Shown here piece after piece: positions 13,200 to 27,300 of a stretch of 64,000 bases of DNA. The notes below the pieces were generated by a model that saw nothing but the letters and a program-made list of their open reading frames with translations, did not search any database and had not been told where the DNA came from. A program made the translations under genes and the position numbers. This stretch comes from Azolla caroliniana (lineage: Eukaryota; Plantae; Polypodiophyta), in assembly GCA_043228905.1 (NCBI GenBank), contig JBHGNT010000011.1, positions 16,554,001 to 16,618,000 on the forward strand, read 5' to 3'. Every line of letters starts with the position of its first letter. Within the stretch, counting starts at the first letter, position 1.

Positions 13200-14068
13200 A
13201 CATCTACATTGTAGTGTACTCAAATAGTCCCAATTGGCAAATGGTCCTAAACTTAGTCGGGACTGACCCAAGCAACCCCAAACGAAGTTGGGATAGTCCC
13301 AAATAGCCTCAATTAGACTTAGAACAACCCTAAGGAGTCATAAGCAAAGTTGAGACAAGCTCATGTAGTCCCAAACAGAGTTGGGTCAGTCAAGATCAAC
13401 ACACAACCCAATCTGAATTGGGACTCATGAAAGGAGTCAAACCCAATCCCTGTCCCTATCCCAAATGGCTAATCCAACAATCATGAATGTTTAATAAGTA
13501 ATAATGAATGAATTTCCATTATTAACCTCTAATTCTCTATCTTATTGTTGTTCCAATAAACTATTATAACATTTGTGATAAACATAACCCTAGCATAAAT
13601 TAGGTGTTAATTGTTTTGTATGAGACAAACAATGTTTGTCTATCCTAAACCATCCACATATATGAGTGTTGGTATTAGGATTTTTAGATACAATGTAGTA
13701 GTTGGAAAGTAGATGCCATGTTCATCGTTGTTTGTGGTGATATTCCTTGGCAACATGGACAAGTCCACCTGAAATGATTGTGCTTTGTAGCATTGATACC
13801 TCTTTCAATTATCGAAGCCATATTACATGCATTTATTCCGATTGAATATCTATGGAGAGGTTACAAATTGAATGTCACCATTGTAACATTGTTAGATTCC
13901 TAAATTAGCTAGCATGGATTCAAAATGTGGTAATAGTCTCATTTGAATAATTAGTTGTCATCAACAACATGCATTGTCTTAACCATATTTTTGAGAAATA
14001 TCAAATGAATAACTAATACTAAAATAAGAACCTGTTCATGGTTTTAGAAAGGATATTGAGCATCATTT

Positions 14069-14229
14069 AGTGGTCAATGATACAAAGAATGCCTCATAGT
14101 AACCCAACTCTAATGGCTATTCACCTTGACCCTTCTATAAGGTCACAATAAATGACCTTATAGAAGGGTCAAGGTGAATAGCCATTAGAGTTGGGTTACT
14201 ATGAGGCATTCTTTGTATCATTGACCACT
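14069..14229. repeat. Perfect inverted repeat, 77-bp arms with a 7-nt loop
   Basis: 14069-14145 is the exact reverse complement of 14153-14229. The loop is CAATAAA. Confidence 0.95.
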
Positions 14230-15094
14230 GAACTCCCAAAAGCTTAATCTAAGGAACATAAAGACCATGGGACATTACATTATGATTTCAACCTTGAGGG
14301 TTGGAAGGGATGCATGGAACCATGTGGCTTATATTAAATCAAGAACATGTCTAGTTGATAAGTAAATCAATATGTGGTTTTCATGTAGTTCTTCTTGCTT
14401 GGTCAAGACATAAGTTTGGTGGTAGCTAGAGATTTGGCCTCGACATTTAAGTTGTGTGACCTACAAAGAATGAATTCCCTTTTGAAAGTAAGAATGTTTT
14501 TATCGCCAACGTGAAAATTGTCTTGTAATGCATTAGTAGGTAGACCAAGAACTCATGGGATAGTGTATGAACATTGCAAATTGACATTGAATTGGAAGAG
14601 CGAGTCAATAGTTATTAAACTAGAAGTTATGCTAGCTAGAGATGACTATGATTGAGTTGAAACCAAGTTGACTATGGTGGGCTTGTTGTTTTTGTGACTT
14701 GAGAAAAGGAGGTATGTTAATTCCAAAAGTTTGTATTGGTTCCTATACCTATAGATAAAAATACACGAGTTGTTTATTGGACTGTTGACTTACGAAGAAT
14801 ACATTAGCTTGTATTTTATAAATCTAGAAGAATATATCCAAACTTATGATTCTATGAAAACCAATGGAATGATCATAAAAATATTGCTTTGGCACTTGAA
14901 TGATCTAAATGCTTCACTTATGCTTAACGAAAAGCACGACCATCATTTTAAAAAAGAAGAAGAAAGATACACCTTAGTATATTACTTGAGAAATGTAGAT
15001 ATAGAAAACAGAAGGAAACATTTCACCTCACCTCTATTGTGATACAAAGGCTAATACCAACATTTGATCAAACAGATGATATCATATAAGAAAC

Positions 15095-16005
15095 AAGTGG
15101 AGCACAAACTACAAGCTATGCAACAAAAAAGAAGGTATGGCATGTTTTCCCAATGAAACGGTGCACCATGTTTTATGGGTATGTCTTATAGCTAGAGCAG
15201 TATGGAAAAGAGTGTTGAGAATTTTGTATCCTATTTATGGTAAACAGGCATACACATGGGGTTTTGTGAGATGGGGAAGGTTGGCTAAAGAAATACAGAA
15301 TTATGAAAGGGATTGTGTTGATTTTCTTCTCCTCTCTAATGGAAGACACGTGTTGGAGGCCTCTTATACTACGCCAATCCATTGTTTGGAAGAAGACAAG
15401 GTTTGGTCTATTGTATCTTCTTTAGTAGTTTGGATGTTATGGAAGGCAAGATGTAAGTGTGTATTTCAAAATGTCAAACCGAATGCGGTTGAGTTAGTCA
15501 AGGAGATATGGTTGATGCTCCTGCAGAATCTAAGAGGTCAATATGAGGCAATACATGGTGAGCTTGATGTTGTGTTTCGCAAGCAACAACAATTTTGAGA
15601 AATTTGGAAAAAGGCATAGGTTTTCACCTATTTTGGGGACAGAATAACATGGAGATATGCTCCACCAAGATGGCTTTTTCCGCCCCCTGTCTTGAAAAGA
15701 CCATGCATGAGGGTTTCCGCTACTAGACATGTCCATTCATGTGGGTAGGAGGGTTGTAATAGATTGTATGGATACTTTGTAGCCTTTGGGCATCTTTTCA
15801 TTAATACCATGGTGAATCTTGACTTTATAAATAAATAAAAAAAGGTATGACATAATTCCACCTCAGACCAGAAGTTGTCTTTAAAAATAAGTGACGCCTT
15901 TGCCATCGTTTCTTAAAGTCCACTTGACGTTGGCATAGAACATCAACCGAACCTTGTAGATCATCATATTGACCACATAGTGTATGGACAAATAACAACT
16001 AGAAT
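15095..16005 (-). mobile_element. L1-type LINE family D 3' fragment, interrupted by a family A LINE
   Basis: Minus strand 16000->15845 reads VHTLCGQYDDLQGSVDVLCQRQVDFKKRWQRRHLFLKTTSGLRWNYVIP. It continues IPSFLLHSL* below 15143 and is homologous to the other LINE ORF2 C-termini in the window. Outer boundaries are approximate. Confidence 0.75.
15144..15841 (+). mobile_element. 5'-truncated L1/Tx1-type LINE (family A)
   Basis: zf-RVT-type C-terminus (ETVHHVLWVC..VWMLWKARC), A-rich tail, TSD AAGGTATG[G/A]CAT (15132-15143 / 15842-15853). Similar to 25310-26000. Confidence 0.88.
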
Positions 16006-18330
16006 TCAATAAGCATGGTGCGGATATGTATGTGAGCATTATTAAAAACGACATCACATCTCGCTTTCCATATATCCAAATAGCTAATGACGTAATAGTA
16101 CGTCAAATAACCAGATTTTCAATTTTAAACCGTGGAATAGAAGATGGAAATGAAGTGAGATAGAGGTGCCCATGGGAAAAATGATAGACATGAGAAGCAT
16201 GCCCACTTTCATAATTTTATTATCAAACTTTATGAATTTAAGTTGTTGGTTAAACTTAAGTTTGAAAGCTTAACAATAAATGATAGCATGTTTATTGAAA
16301 TGTATTTTAAACTGAAGTTCAATAAATGAATGAATATCATATCATTACATAGTGTTTGTTTATTAACCCACTTTTTATTATCATCATTGATAGTATTTCA
16401 TAATTATAGTTTTAATAAGCTAAATTCTTTCCTACTTCAACAATCAAATACACCCATGTTTAATAAACTAGGAATTCTTATGAGCATGGAATTGCATTGA
16501 TGTATAAGTATAAGTTCCCACTACACTTAAATCTATATTATACATACTTATGACAAGCTATTGGATCATCATTGGACATCTTCAGTTGCTATTGTAACAA
16601 GATAAATTGATACAATTTTTAATGCGATGCAAGTCGATACAAGACAAGACATGATTAAATACATGACAATGACAATAATTGGTACATGGGTAATCATAGT
16701 TTTTCTTTTTTGGTGAATAGTTGAAAGGTATTTCTTTTACTCAATGACTCAATTAACAATCCATCTTTGGATACTATCTATAATGGGGTAATGGTGTCGT
16801 ATGGTAATAGCATGAATATCCTTATTTACTTAGAGTCACTAATAGTAGTCAATCCACGGATTTAAATGGTTTAAAGAGGCTAGAAGGTTAAAAAAGTTAC
16901 CATTATCTCATTAGTACATTCAAACATTTAAAGAGGAGTGTGTGATCTTCCATCCCTAGAGTACTTAGGTTTCTCTGCATTCAAGTTCTCCTTGATATGC
17001 TTATTTTGGTGTCTATGTTTTGGACATAAATTTTACTTCTAGCGTTGATCCACATATAAGAAAATCATCAACATGTGTTCAATGAACCTTATGTGAAAGT
17101 CATTTGAAAGACTTTGGTTACATTACATTGACAACACATGGCATCAACTCATTTCTCCATTCCTACCATCATAACCAATTACGATCTTTCTCTTTTGAAT
17201 GTACCAAAATGGTTATATTTAGTCTCTTAACTTACAGGATTTAAGGTCTATTTACGAACTTACTAATGAACATGGATATTTGTCATTAAAAAATAGTAAA
17301 TATTAATCAATGTTCTCTTATTTAATTTAGACCACACATAATTAGGGGGAGTGGTTTCATATCACAAATTACAAGACCTATAAAATTTAGAGAAAAGCTT
17401 AGAAAGCTACTTTAGTCCTCTCGAACAAGAACACTTGGCTACTTGCTACTTTTTGCAACGTAACATAACATCTTATTTAGGACATTGGTTTTGGCTATCA
17501 AGAAGGTGAAATCCCATTTAGGACTAACTTGTTTTGTTGTTGGAAAAAAAGTAATGAAACATTTCAAGTGGGGAAGCAAGGAATAAGTATGAATGCAAAT
17601 TGAAGAGGTTTGAAAGTAATAACCAGAGCGTTGTTTTTCCAGGGAATCATTTTCTAAATTGGATCCCCAAAAGACTAATTTTTTGCCTCAGAAATGTATG
17701 AAGACCACACACCATAGAAGCAACTCATGGAAACATACCAACTTTCCCAAATGGGAGGCGAAGATTGACTTGGCTTGTGTATACATGCCTTTGTTGCATG
17801 AGTTTGAATGATGTATTTTGGACCATAATCCGAGTTTGTGTCCATCGTTGGTTGAAACATGACTCGAGGGATTCAACTCTTGGTTGGGCTCTACGGACTC
17901 TTGGATACATTTTTCAAAGACTTGTAGAATATGCAAAAGTCATTCGTTTGCGAGTCAATTGGGTCTCAGAGAATTCACTGCCACCTAGGGGAATGCATGC
18001 CATCATTGGTGATGTCTATTTAGGATGTTGCCGAGATGGTGTGCTACAATTTACAAGCAAGGAATGAGTTTGGCCAAGTTCTGGGACACACTTGGACCAA
18101 CTACAATGACCGGGAATATGGGCAACTAATTTCCGATCCATTTAGAGGGAACCAATCCCTAATTAAACAAAAATGAACAGATAATAACGGATTAGCATCA
18201 GAGTTTGTGTAAGTCAAACAATGAATCCGCTCCTTAGAGATGGAGATGGAGATGGAGATGGAGATGGAGGCTTCACCTCATACGTGAACAACAAACAAAG
18301 GAACGACTGCTTCCCTGTGAACGCGCTGTG

Positions 18331-21300
18331 ATGGAGAGAGATCCACCATGCTCTCCCACTCTCCTCTGCCTACCCAACGAGGTATGTATAGCACTTAACT
18401 GCGCTTTAAAACCTTTGTACTGTCCGTTTTACTCCATAATTGACCAATTCCTGTGTTCTTGGACCTTTTTCCTTGACTCATAGTTCTGGAATCTCCACTC
18501 TTTTTACTTGTGTTCATGTATTTTTGAATCATTATTGCCTCTCACAGAATTTCAATTTATCCAGTACACATTGTAATTATAGTGCAGACCTGCCATGCTA
18601 CTAGAGTGGATTAGAGTGAATGGAAAGAGAACAAGAGGGAGGGCCAGAAAGAAATATATATTTAAAGACCAAGCAAGAGACAGCATCTTTAAAGGTTTTC
18701 TCATCTCTGAGAACAACATAAAAGAATAAATATAGCCAATATTGGGTACCAAAAAATCTAGTTAACGAAGCATTTAAGGTTTTTAACTAAGGCCGAAACT
18801 TCTTCCTTAAAAAGTTCTTCAACCTGGGCTGGTTCAAGATGGTGAGATGTCCAAGGTAAAAGAAGCACTTTTGGTGCTGGGTGATAAAGGCCCTTGGGTA
18901 CCTTCGACTTTCGAATTTCATCCCTCTTCCCTCATCCACCACTTTCTTTATTCTTGCAATTTATGTATTTTTGGACTTGGAAACAGTTGACTCAACAAAC
19001 ATTTGTCAGTTCTGTAGCATGCATAACATAAATAGTTGGAATTGCATTTGTTCCCATTGAATCCTTAACAGCAATACAAAAATAAGCATAATAATACTAC
19101 ACTGATTTTGAAGATGCAAGTCTCTAATACAAGATATTACAAAAATCTATGTCATCTGCTTGGTACTATGTTAATCTGTTTCTGATTACTACGTGTGTTT
19201 CTATATAATTAAACATTTCTTAACTGCCATGAAAATATCCAATTAAATTTTCTTTTCATTTTCTGAAGCTAACATTAAATGTGCTGATCCGTTTACAACC
19301 GCATGACTGGGCCCAAGTTGCACAAACATGCCAAAGTCTCAGTGAGCAATGTAGAAGGTATGTCAATAAAAAGTGTATGTGATATAAACAGATTTGCACT
19401 ATCTCTGTGTTATATGCTACCTGAAAACCTAAAATTCAGGGCATTGTTCTGAGGCAATTGATTATACAAAAGCATATTGTGATAAATACTAGAATTTGCA
19501 AGAATTTTTTTAATTTCTGCATAAATAGAAAAATAGAACGAAGCTAGGATGGAAGATGAGGTAGTCAAAAGTGAATATTAGAATGTAGTCCATAGTGATC
19601 CAATAAAAGTATGGGAGTGTTATATATTCTGCTGAACATTAACGATCAGCAAATAAACAGGCAACTAGGAAAAGAAATTGTTGGCCTGGGCAAAATCATA
19701 TAATGTGACGGAGGGAAACTAATAAGGGATACAATGAGCAATAATGGCCAGATGAGTATTCACACACCGAATGGAAAACCAATGGAAGGATGGTATGGGA
19801 ATGTGAATTCAAGGAATAGTGTCAGACTTAAGTGTCCCATGAAGAACATTGGAACCAATGTCAAAAGGTAGCTTACTGATCTCTGTAGAGCCTTTTTAAA
19901 GCTTGCTTAATGTGTAGCAGAAGTCAGCAAGCTGTGAGCAGGTAATTGATGAGCACATCTCAGGATAAAACTGTTGTGTACTGTTTCCTTAATCAATTGT
20001 AGATCTGCTGTGTATTTGTGAGCATCAGAGCTATCTAGGTTTCAATTGTGTTATTGTACCGTGTAGCTCTTCCTGGATCCTGCTCATTAACTTCCATAAG
20101 AGCTGTTTTAACAAGAATATGCTTCATGATAAAGAACGAATGAGTTTGCTAGTCTGAAAAAACAAAACAATCACCTATGTGTGACATAACTAGTATGCTA
20201 TATGACTCATCATGCCTAATGCAAAAGCTAAAGAGCTTGTAAGAGCCAAAACTGGTACAACTTTGCTTACCCTCATTGGACATTCTAGAGATACATCCAA
20301 TAATGTTGTGCCACCTCATCCAAAGACAATGGGTAGATATGAGTATTTCATATACAATTGTGTGTATCACTCTTTGGTGCAGCTGCAAGAGCAGATGGTT
20401 TCGCATAGAAACCCTGGAAATAATTTTCATTGAGTTGATTCATAGCCTCTGAAGTTTATGGAATTCATCTACTGGTTATTCATGGACTGCTGAAGAGAGG
20501 AGGAAACATTTCCTTCAGCTTTGTGCGCAAACTCCCTTGTTCTTGACCTGCAATGTAGAGTTGTGCATTGCCACTATAGCCTACAACAGCAGTTTCTTGT
20601 ACATGCTACATTTCTTCACTTACAGGTTTTGTGGTTTTCTAGTCCTTGGGTACATAGCCCCAAGTTAGGCATACCTTATACCCTATGAATTCGTTATATT
20701 TGCTTAGGGTTATTAGTTTTGGCATAGAAACAATTATTTTAAAGTTTCACTAATACCTCCCAACTGAGATCTAAAATATTTTAGGTCACCTCTTAGAGCC
20801 AAAGCTTTAATTAAATAGTCAATTAGACAATAATATTCTTGTAATGCTGAATAATAAATATCATGACTTGTAATAGTGCATAAATATCATATAAAATGGT
20901 ACCAAATAAAACAGTGCAATGGGTAATCATTTGCCTCGAAGTATCCTTCAAGGAACCATATAATTGATATAGCTAGAAAATGAAGAAGTTTGTGATGATA
21001 AAGAACGTTTATAAATGTTTGAGTTTACTTGAAAAAACTGTAGAAAGAACTTGCTTCCAACTATACACATACCGCCTAAATGATCTGATTTTGCCTCCAA
21101 GTGCTAGCCATATAGATAACTAGGAAAAAGCCATATTTGTAGCCTTATGCTACACAGCTAGATGGTGTATGAGGCCCATAATATTAGTTTTCTTATTAAT
21201 ACTATTTGTGTTTTGGATTGAATTTTGCATTTGTTTTTGAACTCATTGTCATGCCTATTTAATAATTTCATAGAAGAGAAATCATGTGAAGGTGCATTTT

Positions 21301-24300
21301 TGTGCTTGTAAAATTTTGGGAAGATAGAAGATAGTCTAAAAGCTTTCATGTTTTCTCTTGATAGCAGCGCTTTCTCAACTCTAACATTTTTGAATCTAAG
21401 ACATGGAGCGTTCTTATTGAACGATTACTACTTTATGGTCTTATGTAAGAGACTTGGAAAAATGCTTCGACGGATAGAATTGGTATACAGACTTTCTTCT
21501 TATTTAAAAATTTATATATTTGTAAGACAGTTTTTTCTAGTCCAAATTTAGAAAATCTCTAATCGAACTTTCAAACAGTTTGATCTATTCAAAGCCTAAA
21601 ACTCTCCCTTTTCCTTTAATATGTTTTATCATAACATATGAAATTAATACGCCAAGGTTTCCAAGGTAGTTAAATTGTTAATGTCTTTGGAGTTTCATAT
21701 AGAATAGGAAGGGATTGTGAGAGAGTGAAGAAGGAAAACTAGAAACATATTATAACATCTCAAAAGGACCAGATCTATGAGACCTAATTCGCAAAAGTGG
21801 AGGTCTAGTTATCGACTCCTGTTTTGGGAGACACCATGGGTTTGACCATGGTATGCAAAACTTTATTTATTGTGACTCTGGTAGACTGTAAATCTTGATG
21901 ATTGTTCTCATGATAAAGAAAAAGCATCAGTGTCCCTTTATATTATTTGGGCAGAGAGAGGAATAACCTTAATAATCACCGAGGGATTATTCAACGGCTT
22001 TGGGAGCTCCCTAAACAAAGCTACTCAAGGTTTCTTTCCACTTATTAAAACAACTTGCTGAACGAGGAGATAATTGTTGGTCTGCTGAAATGTAACAATG
22101 GTTCCTGTCACATGGCATAAGTATAAATGCATTATCTCTGTTCCAATATAGCTTGGATTGTCCCCATTTGCTGTGGATTTCTGAAAAGCCTTCGATACTA
22201 TACCATGTGCTCAACTCATGTAGTGGCTAGAAGTCATTGGCATTCTGGTAAATATACATACAATGGGGAATCTATGCACTAAATGAATCAGTGTCAAAAA
22301 GGAGCACACTCATGTTGGGTTGTCAGAGCTAGTAAGTAGCATGATTGGAGTAAAACAAGGATGCCCACTATCACCAAAGCTTTTCATTCTTTTTATATAT
22401 GAGATTTCTAATTACATAGAAAGATTGGCTGGTTGAGGACATACTATATGCCATACTAATATTACTGTATCCTGATGACATTGTGTTGATCTTCGACTCA
22501 GGAGTACAAAGGCATCAAAATGCCTTGAACTCATTTTGTATCAACAAAGATTTGGTGGTAAACCTTGATAAAACCAAAATAATGGTGTTTAACACAACTC
22601 AAACATAGGTAATGGGAGCATATCTAGGAATAACATATCACTCAAACGTGATAGTATACATATATAGGAATAAAATTCACAGTTTGGGATTCTCCCTGTG
22701 GGAGACTTCATGTGCTTGATTTTCTCGTGGATATCAGCCCTTGATGTGCACATATATAACTGCAAGAACCATAAATAATCATGGTTGTTTGATACACTTG
22801 CAACACCGATTCTTCACTATAAAGTAGAGATTTGGGAACGAAGCCATCATAGGGCACATAATTGTACAGATTTGGAGAGACTTTTTGTCTCCCTGACTGT
22901 TCGCATGATGAGGAGCATATTATCAGTGCGCCATGATATAATCTGGGTGGAAGCAAGGAATCTCAAGACTGACACTTATGTCATCAACAGCTTTCTGAAC
23001 ACGGAGATAATCATTGTTAGTATGCTGAAATGCAAGAATGATTCCAATCACATGGCATAAGTATAAATTCAATACCCTTAGTCTAATGTAACTTTCATCG
23101 ACAACATGTGTTGGTAAGAGGATGACCCACTATAAGGCAATCTGAGATATTAAGATACACATGCAAATCTGTGGAAGAATCGATATGTCAATTGTGCCTT
23201 CAGGGGGAGATAGGAAGAACATTATCTTTGCTTCTGTGCTGTGTTTTATGAATAAGAGGGAGATAGAACAACCTTTTCAAATAAGGCTTTGGCTCACAAC
23301 ACAAGGTACTAGAAAACAAAGAGAAATAATGCATGGGACTGTTGTTAGAACTCAAGGGACATAGTGAGAGTTTGTTGAAGGGCAAGAATATGACCAGAGC
23401 AACTCCTACAAAGAAACATCAGGACTTTTTTAGCTTCATCACTCAATGACAAAGGTGGTGAGGTTGTGGTCCATGAGGTTGGGGCCTATGTGAATGACAA
23501 ATTGCATTAGCCTCATCTATTGTAACCCCTTTGCAATGACTTGGTTGGAACTTGTAGCCTATGATTGTTCTTTGTTGATGAGCTTGTATGGCTGTATTTT
23601 TGTCCTACAACTTATCCCTGTCTCTTGAGTTCTAGCAAGAACAGCCCCAAGAACTGTTGACCCTATGTCTCATTTTCCATTATCTTGGGCCAAAGCTTTG
23701 TTTAAAGAGACAATGTCATCTCCCTATTATTTCATATAAACATAGTGTTCTTTAGATTCCACTCACAGATGACACAATTGACAACTTCTTTCTTCTAGAA
23801 CTGTGTGCATATCTGCCTACCTCAATCTCTAACTGATGTGATGAGGTCTGCAGCTGCCCAATCACCAATTTCAGCGCATAGATGTATGTCCATATAAGAG
23901 GTCTTGATGATGAATCCATCATCCGATGTGTAAAAAGTGTGCCATCTTCCTACCAAGAGACGCCGTGGATCTGATTCACGTTCTTCTGTTATCCGATTTG
24001 ATAATAACAGTTCAAATCACTCAGTTCTTTTCCTTCTTATTCGATATTCTCAGGGAGGAAGAAAAAAAGCAGCACGAATATCATTATCTTGTTTGGAGAC
24101 GTACTACAACAAAATCATATGTAGATGTAGATGTACAACAGTTCTATGTATTCCTGTAAGTAGCACGATAAGTGCTATGTAAACAGGAAAATTCTAGTAC
24201 CATTCTGTATTCATCAAACAAAGTAAAACAAAGTGGAAGTTTCTCCATACTGAGAGATTGATTAGTTGGCATAGGATAACCAAAAAATGTGTATTGCCAT

Positions 24301-27300
24301 GTATGGAATGTAAAACACAAAATGTCCTTCCAATTTTGTTTAGTTTCTTGAAAGGCAATTTAAGATTGCTTCTTGAAATTTTAAGACCTTGAATGCGAAT
24401 TCTGTTTATATCTTGGAAAGAAAGAAACAAAGAACTTAGTCCAATCTCTACCATCATGTAGGGAGGAATGGTTGTGCCAACCCCTCATATTGAACCCACT
24501 ATTTACATCAGAAGAGGGGGTAATGTTAGGGAAGAGAACTAGGTTGAATTGGGCTGACTTTGATAAAGGTGAAGCTGAGTCAGTGGGGAATTGGCTGACT
24601 TTTTCTTCTTCAGCGATGGAAAACAAAACCTATGTTTGTAGTACAATTTGGGGAGGGAACATTATGTATTCAGAAATGGATACAGTCTTTACGATATCTT
24701 CCTTTCAGCCTTCTCAAACTAGTCTATTTTGGTATGTTATGTTTTCATCCCTACATGTCTTGTTGGGGGTTAGGGGTTATAAAAACTCACATGAATGCCG
24801 TTACTTCGATGTTTTGCCTTCTGGACGACTTCATTCTCTCTTTGTGGAAGGCGAACTTTTAACTCAAGGGAATATGTTGCCTATTCGTATATTGTGGAAG
24901 AAAGATAAAAAATGGATACTGAACCCACATCCAAATGATGTAAACAGTCTCTTTGATTTATGGGTCTATGAGAATAAGCCCATTGATCGCCTTTTGTGAG
25001 ATCTTGGTGAGTGAAAATGGCAAATCATATCAGTGCAAGGAATGCTAGGTAAGAAAATCCCATTTTTTCAATATTCGGTAAAAATGGGTAGAGAAATGCT
25101 AATGAGAGGTGTGACCGTTATGCCAGCAGCTTGTAAATTTTGGAAATTTGGTAATGTAACAGACTCATGGTTGAATGCTTATTGGAAATGGTTATGGGCC
25201 ATGCAAATTCCTAAAAAAGTTGTGTTATTTAGATGGTTGTCACATTATGGCATTCCTATGAAGTCATGGATGCGGGGACATTGCCATGATTTAAAATGTG
25301 ACAGTCGTGGTTCTCCCATTGAATCGGGTTACCATGTTTTATGGATATGTCCTATTGCTAGAGCAGTTTGGAAAAGAATGTTGAGAATGTTGTATCCTAT
25401 TTATGGTAAGCATGTGTACACATGGGGTTTTGTGAGATGGGGAAGATTGGCTAAAGAAATTCAGAACCATGAAAAGGAGTATGGTGATTTTCTTCTCCTC
25501 TCCGATGGAAGACATGTATTGGAGGTCTCTAATACTGCAATAGTTTGTTGTTTGGAAGAGGATAAGGTCTGGTCTACGATATCTTCTCTAATAGTTTGGG
25601 TATTGTGGAAGGCTAGATGTAAATGTGTATTTCAGAAAGTTAAACAGAATGCGGTTGAGTTAGTCAAAGAGATATGGTTAATGCTCTTACATACTTTAAG
25701 AGGTCAATATGATGCAATAACTGGTGAGCCAGAGGTTGTGATTCGTAAACAACAATTTCGAGAAGTTTGGAAAAAGGCAGAGGTCTTCACCTCTTTTGGA
25801 GAAAGAATAAAGTGGAGATATGCTCCACCAAGATGGCTTTTTCCACCCCCCGTCTTGGAACAACCCTACATGAGGGCTTTTCATACTTGACATGTTGGTT
25901 GATGTGGATATGAGGGTTGTAATATATTGTATGAATTCGTTGTAGCCTTTCGGCATCTTTCCACTAATACCAAGGTGAAGCTTCTTTTAAAAAAGAAAAA
26001 GAAAAAAAGAAAGAAAAAAAGATATATTAACGTCTTTTAAGAGGCCAAAATGGCCTACAAGACCAAACAAGAGATTACATCTTAAGTGTTGTTTCGTCTT
26101 TGAGAACAACAAATCAAAAAAGAAAAAAGAAAAAAGAAGGGTAAATAATGCTCTGTAAATATAAAAGTATGTAAGATAAAAAGAGACGAGGGAATCTGGT
26201 TTTCGGCCCATGTGAGATTCTCAAGTTAGATATATTGTAGCTTTTGTCTTCGAAAGATCTCTAGCATAGGTCGATCCAGAATGGAAATGTCTCCGAAGCG
26301 AGGGAAGCACCTGCGATGGCGGGAGATAATGGCTTTTATCTGTCAATGACAAGGGTGTCGCGGTCGTGGTCCATGGGGCCGGGGCCTACGTGCACGGCAA
26401 ATTGCTATTGCCTGATCAATTGTAACCCCTTTGTTATGTTCCGGTTGGGAGCCCATTTGTGTATCCTGTGATTGACTTGTAGCATTAGGAGTGATGGGGC
26501 TAAAGAAAGTTGTGATTGTTCTTTGTGATGATCTTGTGTGGCTGTATTCTTCAACAACTTTTCCCGATGTCTCTTGAGCTCTAGCAAGAAAAGTCCTAGG
26601 CATTGTTGGTCCTCATACTCCATTACCTTACGTAGTGGGCCAGAGCCTTGTTTAAAGAGGCAATGGTATCTCCCTCTGATTTCATAAAAGACACTACAAT
26701 GACAAACATAGTGTTCTTTGGATTCCACTACTAGATGACACAATTGGCAAATTCTCTCTTCTAAAGGTAGTTGTGTATATCTGCCTACCTCAATCTGTAA
26801 CTGATGTGATGAAGTTCGCAACTGCCGTATCACACTACGCAGCGCATAGGATAGATGTATGGCTATATAAGGTGGCTTGATGATGAATCCATCCTCCAAT
26901 GTTTGTAAGAAGCGTGTCTTATAGTGGGCCATCTTCGTACCAAGTGGTGTTTTGAGGCTGATCCATGTTATCTTGTTTTCCAAGTTAATAATATCAGTTC
27001 GGATCACTCTATTCTTTTCCATTTTGGTTATATTTAGATGGGGACAGTCCAAGCTATATTGGAACGGGTGTAGTGCATTTATACTCATGCCATGTGACTC
27101 GAACCATTGTTGCATTTCAGCATATCAACAATAAATGTCTCCATTTTCAGCCAATTGTCTTGATGACATAAGTGCCAACCTTGGGTACCTTCGTTTAGGG
27201 AGCTCCCAAAGAAGTTGGATAAATGTCACTGATCGGAACAATGCCTCGCTGATTATAGGTGCTGCTCCCATCTCTGCCCGGATTATATTGTCTTTTAAGA

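Noticed and set aside
20212-20433. 73-aa ORF in F-box intron 2 as an extra exon or small gene
   Set aside because: It has no recognisable domain, and exons 2 and 3 join in phase without it.
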